Source of the DNA: Chiloscyllium plagiosum
Lineage: Eukaryota
NCBI RefSeq assembly: GCF_004010195.1
Contig: NC_057753.1
Location: 15,137,345-15,190,268 of the forward strand
DNA: 52,924 nucleotides
Direction of reading: 5' to 3'
In this document: piece after piece, positions 12,860 through 24,285 of the stretch
How the letters are laid out: each line of letters begins with the position of its first letter
Numbering within the stretch: the first letter of the stretch is position 1
Notes under the pieces: model-generated
Databases searched by the model: none
Seen by the model: the letters and a program-made list of their open reading frames with translations, nothing else
Told to the model about the DNA's origin: nothing
Program-made: the position numbers and the translations under genes

Positions 12860-14120
12860 GACGATGGAGTAAGAAGGTAACTGGGGAAACACTCAAGGAC
12901 AAAGTCGGGAATTTATTTGTGGAGCTGGAGGAAGTGTATGAGTTACTGAATGAATATTCACGTCAGTTTTCATAAAAGAGAATGGTGGCTACATTCGGCA
13001 AGAATACGTGGATATTCTGGGGCAAATCAATTTAAAGAAGATGGCAGTTTTGGCTGTCTGAAAAAAAAAGGGATTTCTCGCCCTAGAGTGTGGCGGGTTG
13101 CAGCCCAGAATATTCAGCGATTCAAGTGACCAGGAAGATATTGAGGCTTTGTCAGATCTTTAGTCACAGGAGAGAAGCTGAAAGAGTGGAGAACAGGTAA
13201 TGTTTGTCGTTTGTTTATGAAGTGTGACAGACATAATTGAGGAAATTATAGGTCACTGTGTCTTACTTCTGTGCGAGTGAAGTTAGGGGAGAAGATTCCT
13301 CATGGCAGGATTGACTCGCATTTGGAAACGCACAAGGGAAGTACACTGCAAATGGCCGGACACTGAGGAGCATTTATGGACTAAGTTTCCTCCTTCGTCA
13401 TGGATAAGCTTGTAAAGAAAGCATATGGCATGCTTGCCGTCAAAGTTCGGGGTATTGTGTATAATAGTTGCAAGTCATGTTGCAATGTGTTAGACTTTGA
13501 TTAGGCCCCATCTGGAGTAACGTTGCACATTTCTGCTCACTGGACAATAGGAAGGATGTGAAGACTTTGCAGAGAATGCGGAAGAGGTAAGCAGAACATT
13601 GCCTGGATTGAAGTATTTTACCTGTAGCGAGATTTTGGAAAAACTTGGTTTGTTTCGTTAGAGCTTCAGAAGCTGAGCTGGTGACTAGATGGAAGCATTT
13701 AAAATTCTGAGAGGCATGAATAAAGAGGATAGTCAGAGTCTCCACAGGGTGGAAATGTCAAAGATTAGGGACATAGTTTTAAGATAGGAGATGCAAAGTT
13801 TAAACGAGATGTGCGAGGAAAGTTTTCAAAACTTAAGATCGTATGTGTCCAGAATGCATTACTACTGGAGGTGGAAACTTTAAGTGCGTTGTGCGAGGCA
13901 AGTTTTCAACACTCAAGACAGTAGGTGCCTGGAATGCATTGTCACTGGAAGTGGAATGAGCAGGTATGATAGCAACATTTTAAAGGCATTTAGATAGACA
14001 CATGAATAGGCAGAGAATGCGTGGATGCAGACCAAATGAAGGCAGAAGGGATGATTTTAGAATAACATCATGGCCAGTACTGATATGTTGTCTGAAAAGC
14101 TTGTTATATGCTATCATTTC
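12860..14120 (+). mobile_element. CR1 LINE, degenerate and internally deleted
   Basis: RT-upstream motifs (ELLNEY..SVF, NYRSL.LTSV) followed by ORF2 3' motifs and the tail. There is a short internal tandem duplication at ~13805-13955. Confidence 0.8.
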
Positions 14121-14389
14121 TCAGTTGCATGTTGTGATCATATCATCCTACGACGTGAGACCTCAGTGGGTTTTTTTCTGTGCCTACTTCCCATCTTTTG
14201 CTCCCCGCTCCTGATTAATGTGATTTCCCCTTTGTGCATCTGCCCATAGCAGTGATTTTCAGGTGTTGTACATTCTCCATATGTCGACTGTATGCCTGTT
14301 CACGTCTCTGTCCAAATTACTCGAAAGCGTTGCTATCATGTCAACTTCTATCAATTCCTGTGAATATTCCAGACAGTCAATGACATCTG

Positions 14390-15123
14390 TGACTTGTGCA
14401 CTGTGCGGTAGAGCCGTGGTCAATGTTGTCGAATAGAGAGACTGAGGGTTTCAGGGACACCGTTCTGTGAAATCTGCATCACAGGCTGACGGGTGGGTAA
14501 GAAGGCGTTTCGAACACTTGCCTTTATTGCCCATACCATTGAGTCTAGGATAATGACGTCTTTTTTAGGTTGTACAGGATGTCGGTTAGGCCACTTCTGG
14601 CGCACTATGTATAGTTCTGGTTGCCCTGTAACAGGAAAAAATAACATTAAGTTATACATAAATAACATTAAGCTACGCGGCTCATAGCTTTAAATTAAGG
14701 GGGGGGTAGATATAGGACTGATGTTAGGGGTAGGTTCTTCACTCAGCGAGTCGTTAGTTCATGGAATGCCCTGCCAGTAACAGTGGTGGACTCTCCCTCT
14801 TTATGGGCATTTAAGAGGGCATTGGATAGGTATATGGAGGATAGTGGGTTAGTGTAGTTGACTTGTGCACTGTGCGGTAGAGCCGTGGTCAATGTTGTCG
14901 AATAGAGAGACTGAGGGTTTCAGGGACACCGTTCTGTGAAATCTGCATCACAGGCTGACGGGTGGGTAAGAAGGCGTTTCGAACACTTGCCTTTATTGCC
15001 CATACCATTGAGTCTAGGATAATGACGTCTTTTTTAGGTTGTACAGGATGTCGGTTAGGCCACTTCTGGCGCACTATGTATAGTTCTGGTTGCCCTGTAA
15101 CAGGAAAAAATAACATTAAGTTA
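14390..15123 (+). repeat. 265-bp direct repeat (14390-14654 and 14859-15123) flanking a young CR1 internal fragment (~14673-14858)
   Basis: The two copies look identical at an offset of 469 bp. The ORF track shows identical peptides in both (14420/14889 and 14493/14962). Confidence 0.92.
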
Positions 15124-15520
15124 GAGAAGGTTGAGAAAGTATTTATCCGCATGTACCAGTACTGGAGGGTTTCAGGTATAAGGAGGGGCTGTATAAGCTG
15201 GAACCTTCTTCACTCCAGCCAAGAGATTGAGGGGTGACCTTGTCGAGGTTTATAAAATAACAAGTGGCATCCTTAGATTAAACAGAAAAGAACTTTCTCC
15301 GAGGGGTACGGGAGCTCAAAATTATTGGGCAAGTTTTTAATTTGCAAGGAGACAGATTTAATAAGGACGTTGCAGATCTAGGTACAGTTGTACCAGTTAA
15401 ATGACGTTTCGAGGGATACAGGCCAAATGCAGACTTGGAGAGCAGTTCAGTTTGTGAAACTTGGTCGGTATGGCTGAGATAGACCGAAGGGTCTGTTTCT
15501 GTTCTGTATGTCTCTACCTT
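15124..15520 (+). mobile_element. CR1 3' end (continuation of the element interrupted at 14654)
   Basis: gaggggtgacctt..gaggtttataaaat motif and the gaccgaagggtctgtttc tail. Confidence 0.8.
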
Positions 15521-15524
15521 CATT

Positions 15525-16260
15525 AAACAGCCCCGTTTCACCTTAAACTTATGTCCCCTAATATTTGACATTCTCACGCTGCAAGGTAAATAAAAGTATT
15601 CAACTATCCACCTTATGCATGCCTCTGCTAACTTGATATACTTTTGTCAGATTCCGACACTCCCGTGAAAACAATGCTAGTTTGTACAATGCTTTTTTCC
15701 GGCAAATGTATTCTAATTCAGTCAACATCCTAGTGAGCGTCTTTTGCAATCTTTCCAAAGCTTCCACATTCTTGGTATCATGTGACGACCAGAACTGAAC
15801 ATAATGCTCCACATGTGACCGAACTTAAAGCTTTATGCAGTTGCAGTTTGACTTGACGACTTTTATACTCAGTACTCCGACTGATGAAGTCTCATCCCGT
15901 ACGCTCTCTTTACCACTTAATCCACTTGTTTTGTCGCTTTCAGGAATGTATGATGTTGGCCAGAGATCCCTTGCATATCAGTGCTCCGACGTGTCTTGCC
16001 ACTTACTGCATGCTTTTTTCTTGCATTTGGCCTCCGAAGATGCATCACCTCACATTTGTCCAGAGTAAACTCCATCTTCCACTTCTCTGCTCAACATTCC
16101 GAATGACCTGATTCCTGATATATCCTTCAACAACCGTCATTACAGATCCATAACTACACCAATTTAATTGCCATCTGCGAACCTATTAATCAAACTACCG
16201 TCATTTCCAGTCAAACCAGTTATATTCGCATTTTAAAGGACCTAGCACCGATATGGAACA
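15525..16260 (-). mobile_element. CR1 ORF2 fragment
   Basis: EHYVQFWSSHDTKNVEALERLQKTLTRML motif. Confidence 0.8.
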
Positions 16261-16505
16261 ATTAATTCTGCAACAGATGGAAAATATGATTGGAAAACTT
16301 AGATACTGGTTTTTGCCACGCGCGTACGCGACAGCCCGAAGGGAACTCTGTTTGTGCAATGGACGTCAATGATTCAAAGGTGTGATTGCTCTTCCATGGA
16401 GAAGGATGTTAAGAGATCTGGTGGAGATTTTCCAAACAATGAGAGTGTTGGACAGAGGAGATGAGGGACAAACTATACCCTACCATACATATGTCAAGAA
16501 CAACT

Positions 16506-16815
16506 GGGCGGCACGGTGGCACAGTGGTTAGCACTGCTGCCTCGCAGCGCCAGAGACCCGGGTTCAATTCCCGACTCAGGCGATTGACTGTGTGGAGTTT
16601 GCACATTCTCCCCGTGTCTGCGTGGGTTTCCTCCGGGTGCTCCGGTTTCCTCCCATAGTCCAAAGATGTGCAGGTCAGGTGAATTGGCTGTGCTAAATTG
16701 CCCGTAGTGCTAGGTAAAAAGGGGTACATGTACGGGTATGGTGGGTTGCGCTTCGGCGGGTCGGTGTGGACTTGTTGGGCCGAAGGGCCTGTTTCCACAC
16801 TGTAAGTAATCTAAT
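16506..16815 (+). mobile_element. HE1/V-SINE-type tRNA-derived SINE, near intact
   Basis: A box TGGCACAGTGG, B box GGTTCAATTCC, V-core (tgtgtggagtttgcacattctccccgtgtctgcgtgggtttcctccgggtgctccggtttcctccca) and a CR1-like tail ggccgaagggcctgtttccacactgta. Confidence 0.93.
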
Positions 16816-18739
16816 ATAAGACAGCATAGGTTTGAGTGATGAGAACACGAAGAAAATGAGAAGTGACCTTTTATTATTTTGCAGGGTGATGTTAGGTTAT
16901 GGAGGGCACAGCCTGTAAATCTGGGGTAGGCCCATTTAAAGTTTTCATTTCAAAGAGCATTTAAAGTTTATTTTTATAATTGCACTATATAATAAGGTTC
17001 ACGTTGGATACTGTCATTTTTGATCACGGTAATTTGAAGAGCCAATAAGACACGACTGGCCGAACAGCGCCTTTCCACACTGTAACAACATTGTGATTCA
17101 TGATTCTCTGATAAACAGATTCTCTTCAAACGTACAGGGTCATTCTTCAAACCCAGTGCATGTTTCTTCGAACTAACTGGACTTCAAACTCATTTATTCT
17201 GACATGCTGAAAATGTTCTCTTCTATGTTTTTGCTAGTGTGCCAAGATTAATGGAAATCTGCATCTCGATTCAGAATTTGACGCCTTGACATTTTTACAG
17301 ATCCCCAGTTATTGTGAGCCTAGTCCTGATACGAGCTTGCCCTGATGAAATACTCAATGGGATAATTTGGAGCCTCAATTCTTAATCCGAATTTACTGCG
17401 TTCTCCATCTGAATGTTTTAATTTTAAAGAAGAAATTGGCTACAAAGCTTGAGCACAGAATTTACCACTGTTCCAGGTGTTTCCTGCAAGACGCACACTG
17501 ACTGTTCTGTGGTTCTGCAGACTGAGAAGCTTATTTTCCATACATTGAGCCTTCCATAAATCTTGCCAAATTTCAAATTATGATCTGCTGTAAGACACGC
17601 TTCTGCGTGTTTTCCAACAGCATGTTATGGCTCCTCTGTGCAGTTCATAGCTTGGGAATGTCATGAAACCAGTACGTGTGTCTGTGTATTTTGTTTCTTT
17701 CTAAGAGATCAGATTTCTTCAGATCGTTGGCAAGTTGCCCTCTATCGTAACACAACCCACATTTGATGTGAAATTCTACAGCACACCTGTGAGTCATGGC
17801 TCAGGCGCTGTCTCACAGGCAAATAGGGCAAAACGGCACATGTTAAACCGGAAATTGTTGATAAAGTGAACTAATGTAGCCAAAAGCGCTAAACTGCACC
17901 CAGTTTCGTATCCATGGAAACACAATCAAATTCCTGATGGGGTTGGCGATCCGATCAGAAAGCACAACAGAAACTTGGGGCAATTATGATTTCAATATTT
18001 AGACTCCATTCACTGTTATTCAGAACAGGAGAGGGCCGGGTAATGCTGGCTTATGTGCAGTTCATCTCAGATGCTTGAGGGAAAGAGATGTGGGGAGGAA
18101 GCAGAGAAAAAGACAGAGACAAATCTTATGTTTGTGAAGGAGCGATGTGGATTCTAATCGGTATTAATGATAAGTGTGACATTCAGGAAGTCACTGATCG
18201 GAGCACCTACATTTTTTCCAAAACACTTATTTATCTTACAAACAACCATGGTCCCAACACTCATCCTTCATAACGTCACTAATCACAGACTTCCATGGAG
18301 AGAAAAAAAACACACTTCCACAACTTTCTTTGTCTTCTGTGATCAATCCAATTTTGTATCGCGCACTGTGTGATCTACGGTTCCATAAGAAATGGTCAAC
18401 TGTGAAAGAGTAATTGGACACGTTGACTGTTATTTCAATGTCTCTGTATTAGTAAAGTCCACAAACAGTGCGGAAAATGGACCGCATGTGTTCCTATGTA
18501 AACCACATGACAAATCCAACCAGGCCAAATATTGTCTAAACCGCATACCCTCAGTCAGCAGTAATATGATTGAAGGGGTCATCCACAGTGCTGTCAAACA
18601 GGAACCGCATGGCAATTAACTGTACAGTGATTCCCAGTCTGAGTTCCACCAGAGCGACTTGGCTCTTAATAAAACATCCAGAATGCGGGAAAACTCAGCA
18701 TATCTCTTTGCATCTGTGGAGAGAGAAACAGAGGGATTG

Positions 18740-19360
18740 AAAACTTCCCAAATAGCGGACTGGGTGCAACTCCAACAAAGCTCAAGAAGCTTGACAGCAT
18801 CCAGAACAAAGCATCCCAAGTGACAAGGACCACACGCACATACATCCACCACCCACACCTAGTAACAGCATGGTGTACTCTTCAGAAAAAAAACAAAGGT
18901 TTCTCAGAAAGCCGCTAACATACTCACGACAACTTCCACCCAGAGAATAAGGCCAGCAAATATGTGGGAAAGTTCACTTCTTTGACATTCATTATCCTTT
19001 TTAAGTACATTTAAGTCGTCAATGGACAAGCATATGGACGTACATGAATAGTGTAGCTTAGATGAGCTTCAAATTGGTGTGACAGGTAGGCGCAACATCG
19101 AGGGCCGAAGGGCCTGTACTGCGCTGTAATGTTCTATGTTCTATTTTCTGTATCCTGCCTTGAAAATATGTCGCCATTCCTTCATTGTCATTATGTCAAA
19201 ATCATGGAAATTTCCACCGTCATGCCATTGTCAGTCTAACTGCAGCAAGTAGACTGCAAAGTTTCAAGAAGGCAGTTCATTATCAACTTCTCCAGAGGAA
19301 AGTAGTGATGGGTAATAAATGCTGACCAAGGCAGCGATGCCCATGTCGCATGTTTGAATT
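18740..19360 (+). mobile_element. CR1/L2-superfamily LINE 3' end with a nested young CR1 tail (~19005-19145)
   Basis: caagaagcttgacagcatccagaacaaagca...aataaatgctg 3' end. The nested segment ends in gggccgaagggcctgtactgcgctgtaatgttctatgttcta. Confidence 0.65.
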
Positions 19361-19639
19361 TTAAACAGCAATGTGAAGTTGGCTGCAGGGAAATCGTTTG
19401 AGGTGCAGTTCGTGATTTGCATTCCATTCCACAGCTGAATACACCAAAATATCTAAATTATCTATAGAACTGGTCCACATATTCTAAAGTGCAAGGAAAC
19501 ATTTGTTCGAAATCCACTTTGGCTTGCATTTGTTGCTAATCTTCTTGTCCACCTGTTTCAATGGAACTCTTGCCAGAATGACACGACCTTAAATATCGAT
19601 TCACGTGGAGAAATGTTTTTAAAGTTTCAAATTCCATGT

Positions 19640-19740
19640 TTTATGTTCATGAAGTCAGAATTCACACGACACCAAATTATAGTGCGCAGGTTCATTTGAA
19701 ATCGCACATTTTTCGAGAGCTGCTCCTTCATCAGGTGACG
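19640..19740 (-). mobile_element. Penelope-like element LTR remnant with degenerate hammerhead core
   Basis: The minus strand reads cacCTGATGAaggagcagctctcGAAAaatgtgcgatttcaaatgaacctg. Confidence 0.6.
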
Positions 19741-20096
19741 TCATGGTGATCTTCTCATGAGCTCATTTCCAATCAACACTCTGTCTCAGTTTTTTTTGTT
19801 TCGGTCTGTCTATATCTGTCTCTGTCTTTCTCTCTCTCTTTCTCTGTCTCTTGGACGAAAGCAGCCTGATCAGTCACTGGATCTCGACCTTTTCCCATTA
19901 AATTCCACAGACTTCACGCTGGCAGGAAAACTATGCATCTCTTCTGGAATGTATTCAATGACACTCCAATCTTTTCGAAAATTCCACTCTCACATTACCC
20001 TGTGAGTGACGAACTCTCAGCCACCCTTACCAAAATGGCGTATCCATATCCCAAGGTCATGACCCCTTGCGCTGGATACTCTGAGTCAGATTAAAC

Positions 20097-20596
20097 NNNN
20101 NNNNNNNNNNNNNNNNNNNNNNNNNNNNNNNNNNNNNNNNNNNNNNNNNNNNNNNNNNNNNNNNNNNNNNNNNNNNNNNNNNNNNNNNNNNNNNNNNNNN
20201 NNNNNNNNNNNNNNNNNNNNNNNNNNNNNNNNNNNNNNNNNNNNNNNNNNNNNNNNNNNNNNNNNNNNNNNNNNNNNNNNNNNNNNNNNNNNNNNNNNNN
20301 NNNNNNNNNNNNNNNNNNNNNNNNNNNNNNNNNNNNNNNNNNNNNNNNNNNNNNNNNNNNNNNNNNNNNNNNNNNNNNNNNNNNNNNNNNNNNNNNNNNN
20401 NNNNNNNNNNNNNNNNNNNNNNNNNNNNNNNNNNNNNNNNNNNNNNNNNNNNNNNNNNNNNNNNNNNNNNNNNNNNNNNNNNNNNNNNNNNNNNNNNNNN
20501 NNNNNNNNNNNNNNNNNNNNNNNNNNNNNNNNNNNNNNNNNNNNNNNNNNNNNNNNNNNNNNNNNNNNNNNNNNNNNNNNNNNNNNNNNNNNNNNN
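20097..20596. other. assembly gap (500 N) hiding most of gene 2 exon 1
   Basis: N run. Confidence 1.
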
Positions 20597-20610
20597 CGTT
20601 GGAGTCCCTG
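20597..20610 (+). CDS. GPR139-like GPCR, gene 2, 3' end of coding exon 1 (rest hidden in N gap)
   Basis: The first bases after the gap read C GTT GGA GTC CCT G|GTGAGT, i.e. V-G-V-P plus a phase-1 consensus donor. This matches the end of gene 1 exon 1 and is in phase with exon 2 at 22268. Confidence 0.8.
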
Positions 20611-20859
20611 GTGAGTCTGAATTTCAGATATTATATTTCATCACTAATTTGCTCTATCTTTCTGTTAATCCATTAAAATTTGAGAATATACAAGACATTG
20701 TCCTTGTCGTAACTTCAGTTCACGTTTCCACAATCCAATCGCCCACACAGCCGTAACCGATATTGTCCTGTCTGGTCACTCCATCCGGGAAACCGCAGCC
20801 TCTGAATTAACCTCTGACCTGAAATCCTCCCCATCCACGATTCCGTCACATCAGCGTCC

Positions 20860-21840
20860 TGGGATAATGAAATATATTCGGTTCTTATGGAAGAAGATCT
20901 GGAGAATGTCAATGCTTGAGCGAAAAGCGCTAACAACCATTCACATCAGACAAATGCCAGGCAACAAGGTATAATTTAACCAACGCCTCCTTGATGTTCA
21001 CTGGTGTTACCATCACTGAATTCCCCCACTAACAACATGCTCGGAGTTACTGTCTCCCAACAGGAGTGAATCTAACCGTCACCAGCTTGACATTCAATGG
21101 CGTTACACTCACTGAATCCCCCAATTATCAACATCCTTGGGATTGCCATTGAGACAGAGTCTAACCGTTGCCCCCTTGACATTAAATAGCGTTACCATTA
21201 CTGAATTTCCAAATCACCCCCACCCACACCTAGCCAACTACCAACATTCTGGGAGTTACCGTCTCCTACCAAAAAAAAATAGAAGACTCGCCCCCTTATC
21301 ATTCATTGGAGTTACCAGCAGTGAATCCCGACCACACCAGTATCAACATCTTGGTGGTTACCGTCTCCAACAAGAGAGGATCTAACCAACGCCCCATTGA
21401 TGCTCAATGGAGTTACCATCATTGAATCTCCCTCACTATCAACATCCTGGGAGCTACCATCTCCAACAAGAGAGAATCTAACTATCACCCCTTTGACGTT
21501 CAATGGCGTTACCATCACTAAATCAGCCCACTATCAACGTCTTGTGGTTTACAATTGAGAGAGAATCTAACCATTGCCCTCTTGAAGTTCAGTCGGATTG
21601 CCATCACTGAATCCCGCCCACTATCAACATCCTGGGGGTTACTATTGAGACAGTATCTAATCATTGCCCCTTTGACTTTCATTGGGGATACCATCACTGA
21701 AAAAAGTCGTCCACCACCAACTATCAGCATCTTGGCGGTTACCATCTCTAACATTAGAGCTTTTAACCTTTCACCTTAACATTCAAAAGTGTGACCATTT
21801 CTTAACCCTGCCACTGTCAACATCCTGGGCTTTTACCTTA
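20860..21840 (+). repeat. LINE RT fragment expanded into ~9 tandem ~90-120 bp units in the gene 2 intron
   Basis: The unit is approximately aatctaacc.tcgccccttgacattcaatggcgttaccatcactgaatcccccactatcaacatcctgggrgttaccat. It is preceded by an EDLENVNA*A..TFTSDKCQA-like RT remnant. Confidence 0.85.
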
Positions 21841-22267
21841 TCCATTTTCCAAATGATTTTGGAAGGGATAACTTTTCAAGGATATAGATGAATTAGTCTA
21901 TTTTGTAAATGGAGGTGGCTAAATGTCTTTCAATTATTGCATGCAACAGAAAACATGGTGACGGACAAGTAACCTGCCGCCACTCAGTGTTTTTAATTAC
22001 CCTTTATTTATTAGTGTACAGGATACAAATTTCCTACCTAATCTCCTACCTAAAACAACCAAGGACAACTTGACCTTGTCAAAGGAGCAACATTGTCACA
22101 ATCTTTTGACATGAAAATAGACTTAAGAGAACAGAATGAGTGATTTTTTAAGATGTAGAAATTTATTATCATCTTGTAAATTAAACGTATCATCTGAAGC
22201 AGTTGATCATTATAAAAACAACTGTGTGCGATTTTACTTTTGTTTGTTTGAATCCCATTCCTGACAG

Positions 22268-23256
22268 GTAACTTCCTGACGATTATGATTCTATCTTGTA
22301 AGAAATGTGGTCTATCCAAAAGTGTCAAACTTTACCTGACGGCTATGGTACTGGCAGATCAACTGGTGGTTATCCTCGACCTGATATTGAGACAGATTCC
22401 GATTGTTTATCGTGAAAAGTTTACTTTCCTTCGCAGCATCCGCGTGTGTAATATCCACGCCATCCTGCTTTATGCAGCCACTGACTGTTCTGTCTGGTTC
22501 ACCGTCAGCTTCACCTTTGATCGATTTGTGGCCATTTGTTGCCAGAAACTGAAAAGTAAATATTGCAATGAGAAAACGGCGGCTGTGGTTCTGGGGACAG
22601 TGTCTATGCTGAGCTCTTCAAAGAACTTTTTCTGGTACTTTATGTTCAGTGGCCGGTATTGGATGCAGAACTACCCTTGGTTCTGTTTCATCAGGGTGAA
22701 TGTTACCAATTCTCCAGTTTGGGCAGCATTTGATTTAGTCCACAACATTCTGAATCCCTGTATCCCGTTTGCGTTAATTTTGCTGCTCAATGTTTTCACT
22801 GTAAGGCACATTGCAATGGCCAGCAGAGCTCGCCGCAGACTGTGGCATCGAAGCAGTGGGAAGAGATCGAGAGACGCAGAGATGGAGAGTCGAAAAAAAT
22901 CGATCATTTTACTGTTCGCTATGTCGACCAATTTCATCCTGTTGTGGTCAATGTTAATGGTTTATTCCATATGGAGACGGATGTGGTACTTGGGATATCG
23001 GTCTGTCTTGATAGATAGATATGTGCTTGACTTAGGCTTCATGCTGCAGCTCTTGAGCTGCTGCACAAACACTGGGATATATGCTGTGACCCAGACTAAG
23101 TTCAGAGAGCAGTTCCAGAATGTGCTAAAATATCCTTTCAATCAATTCTTCAGTTCATTCTTTAATCAGTCAATTCCAACACGGTCCCATTGTGAGGATG
23201 TGGGGAAGGCAAGAAGTGTGGTCAGAGAGATGAAGTGGGGTCACGGAGAGGAATAG
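22268..23256 (+). CDS. GPR139-like class A GPCR, gene 2, coding exon 2
   Basis: Acceptor cccattcctgacAG|GT AAC TTC CTG ACG ATT ATG gives (G)NFLTIMILSCKKCGLSK, in frame with ORF 22285-23256. It is collinear with gene 1 (DRF, PWFC, ESRKKS, CCTNTGIY). Confidence 0.92.
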
Positions 23257-23419
23257 AGATCATATCCCATATGCCTCCAAATCCTAAATGACAACTCAAG
23301 GGAGAGAAGTGTACAGAGAGAGAAACAAAGAGGTAGAGAGAGAGAGAGAGAGAACGACAGACAGACAGTGACGGCGAGACAGACAGAGATATGTGAAGAG
23401 AGAGAGAGAGAGAGATAGT

Positions 23420-23735
23420 GAGAGCCTGTTAATTCATAAACTCAGCGAAGTTCTGGGCATCCGGCTTCAAATCCTGCCATGGCTGATGGAGGAATTGGAA
23501 TTCCATAAACAATCTGGAATGAAGGGTCTCGTGAAGACCATGAAACCATTGTCTGTTGTGTTTTTCATTAATCTCATTATGGAAGGAAATCTTCTATCCT
23601 CAACTGGTCTGGCCTAGACCTGTCTCCAGACATACAGCAATGGAGTTGACCCTTAACTGCCCTCTCAACAATTATGGATTGGTAATAAATGCTGGCCTAG
23701 CCAGTGACATCCTTATCCTTTCAAAGAATGAAAAA
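23420..23735 (+). mobile_element. second tRNA-derived SINE family copy
   Basis: B-box-like ggcttcaaatcc, core ggaaggaaat..ctggtctggccta and tail aataaatgctggcctagccag. Similar to 24655-24995. Confidence 0.7.
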
Positions 23736-23809
23736 AGTCAGACAACCAAGCCTGGCGTGTGAGAAAAATAGAAAGATCATCATTTGGAATGAAAATATGA
23801 AGGTGACAT

Positions 23810-24254
23810 AGAACACAGGAGAGAAAGAGAGAATGAGGGAGAGAAAGAGAGAATGAGGGAGACAAGGAGAAGGACAGTGAAAAATATGGAGAGAAGGAGA
23901 GCGAGACAGCGAGGGAGTGAGGCAGAAATACACGGAGAGGGAAATAGTAAGGCAGAGCGACAAACAGAGAAAGAAAGGGAGCGAGAAGGAGAGACTGAAG
24001 GAGCATGTGGCAGATACAAAGTAAAGGAACTGGGTGGAGAATGGGACAGAGTGAGAGGTGGGTTGAGGAAAAGATCCAGAAATTAAGAACGAGGGACAGA
24101 AAAGGTACAGTGTCAGAAGGAGAGTTACAGAAAGACAATATGCAGAGAGGAGCAAGGCAATGGGATTCTCTCTCTCCCTCTCTCTCTCACACGCACACAC
24201 TGTGCGTATGTGTGTGTGTGCGCGCATGTGTCTCTCTCTGATTCTCTCTCTTGG

Positions 24255-24285
<31 letters not shown>

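Noticed and set aside
16506..16580. tRNA gene
   Set aside because: The A/B boxes continue into a V-SINE core and LINE-like tail, so this is a SINE head.
20867..20974. Short ORF MKYIRFLWKKIWRMSMLERK as gene 2 exon 1
   Set aside because: It lacks the TM1 YYP..GVP motif and overlaps a LINE RT remnant. A better exon end lies at 20610.
22265..22273. CAG|GTAAC as a recursive-splice (ratchet) site
   Set aside because: It is fully explained by the Gly-Asn codons of TM1, and the intron is only 1.66 kb.
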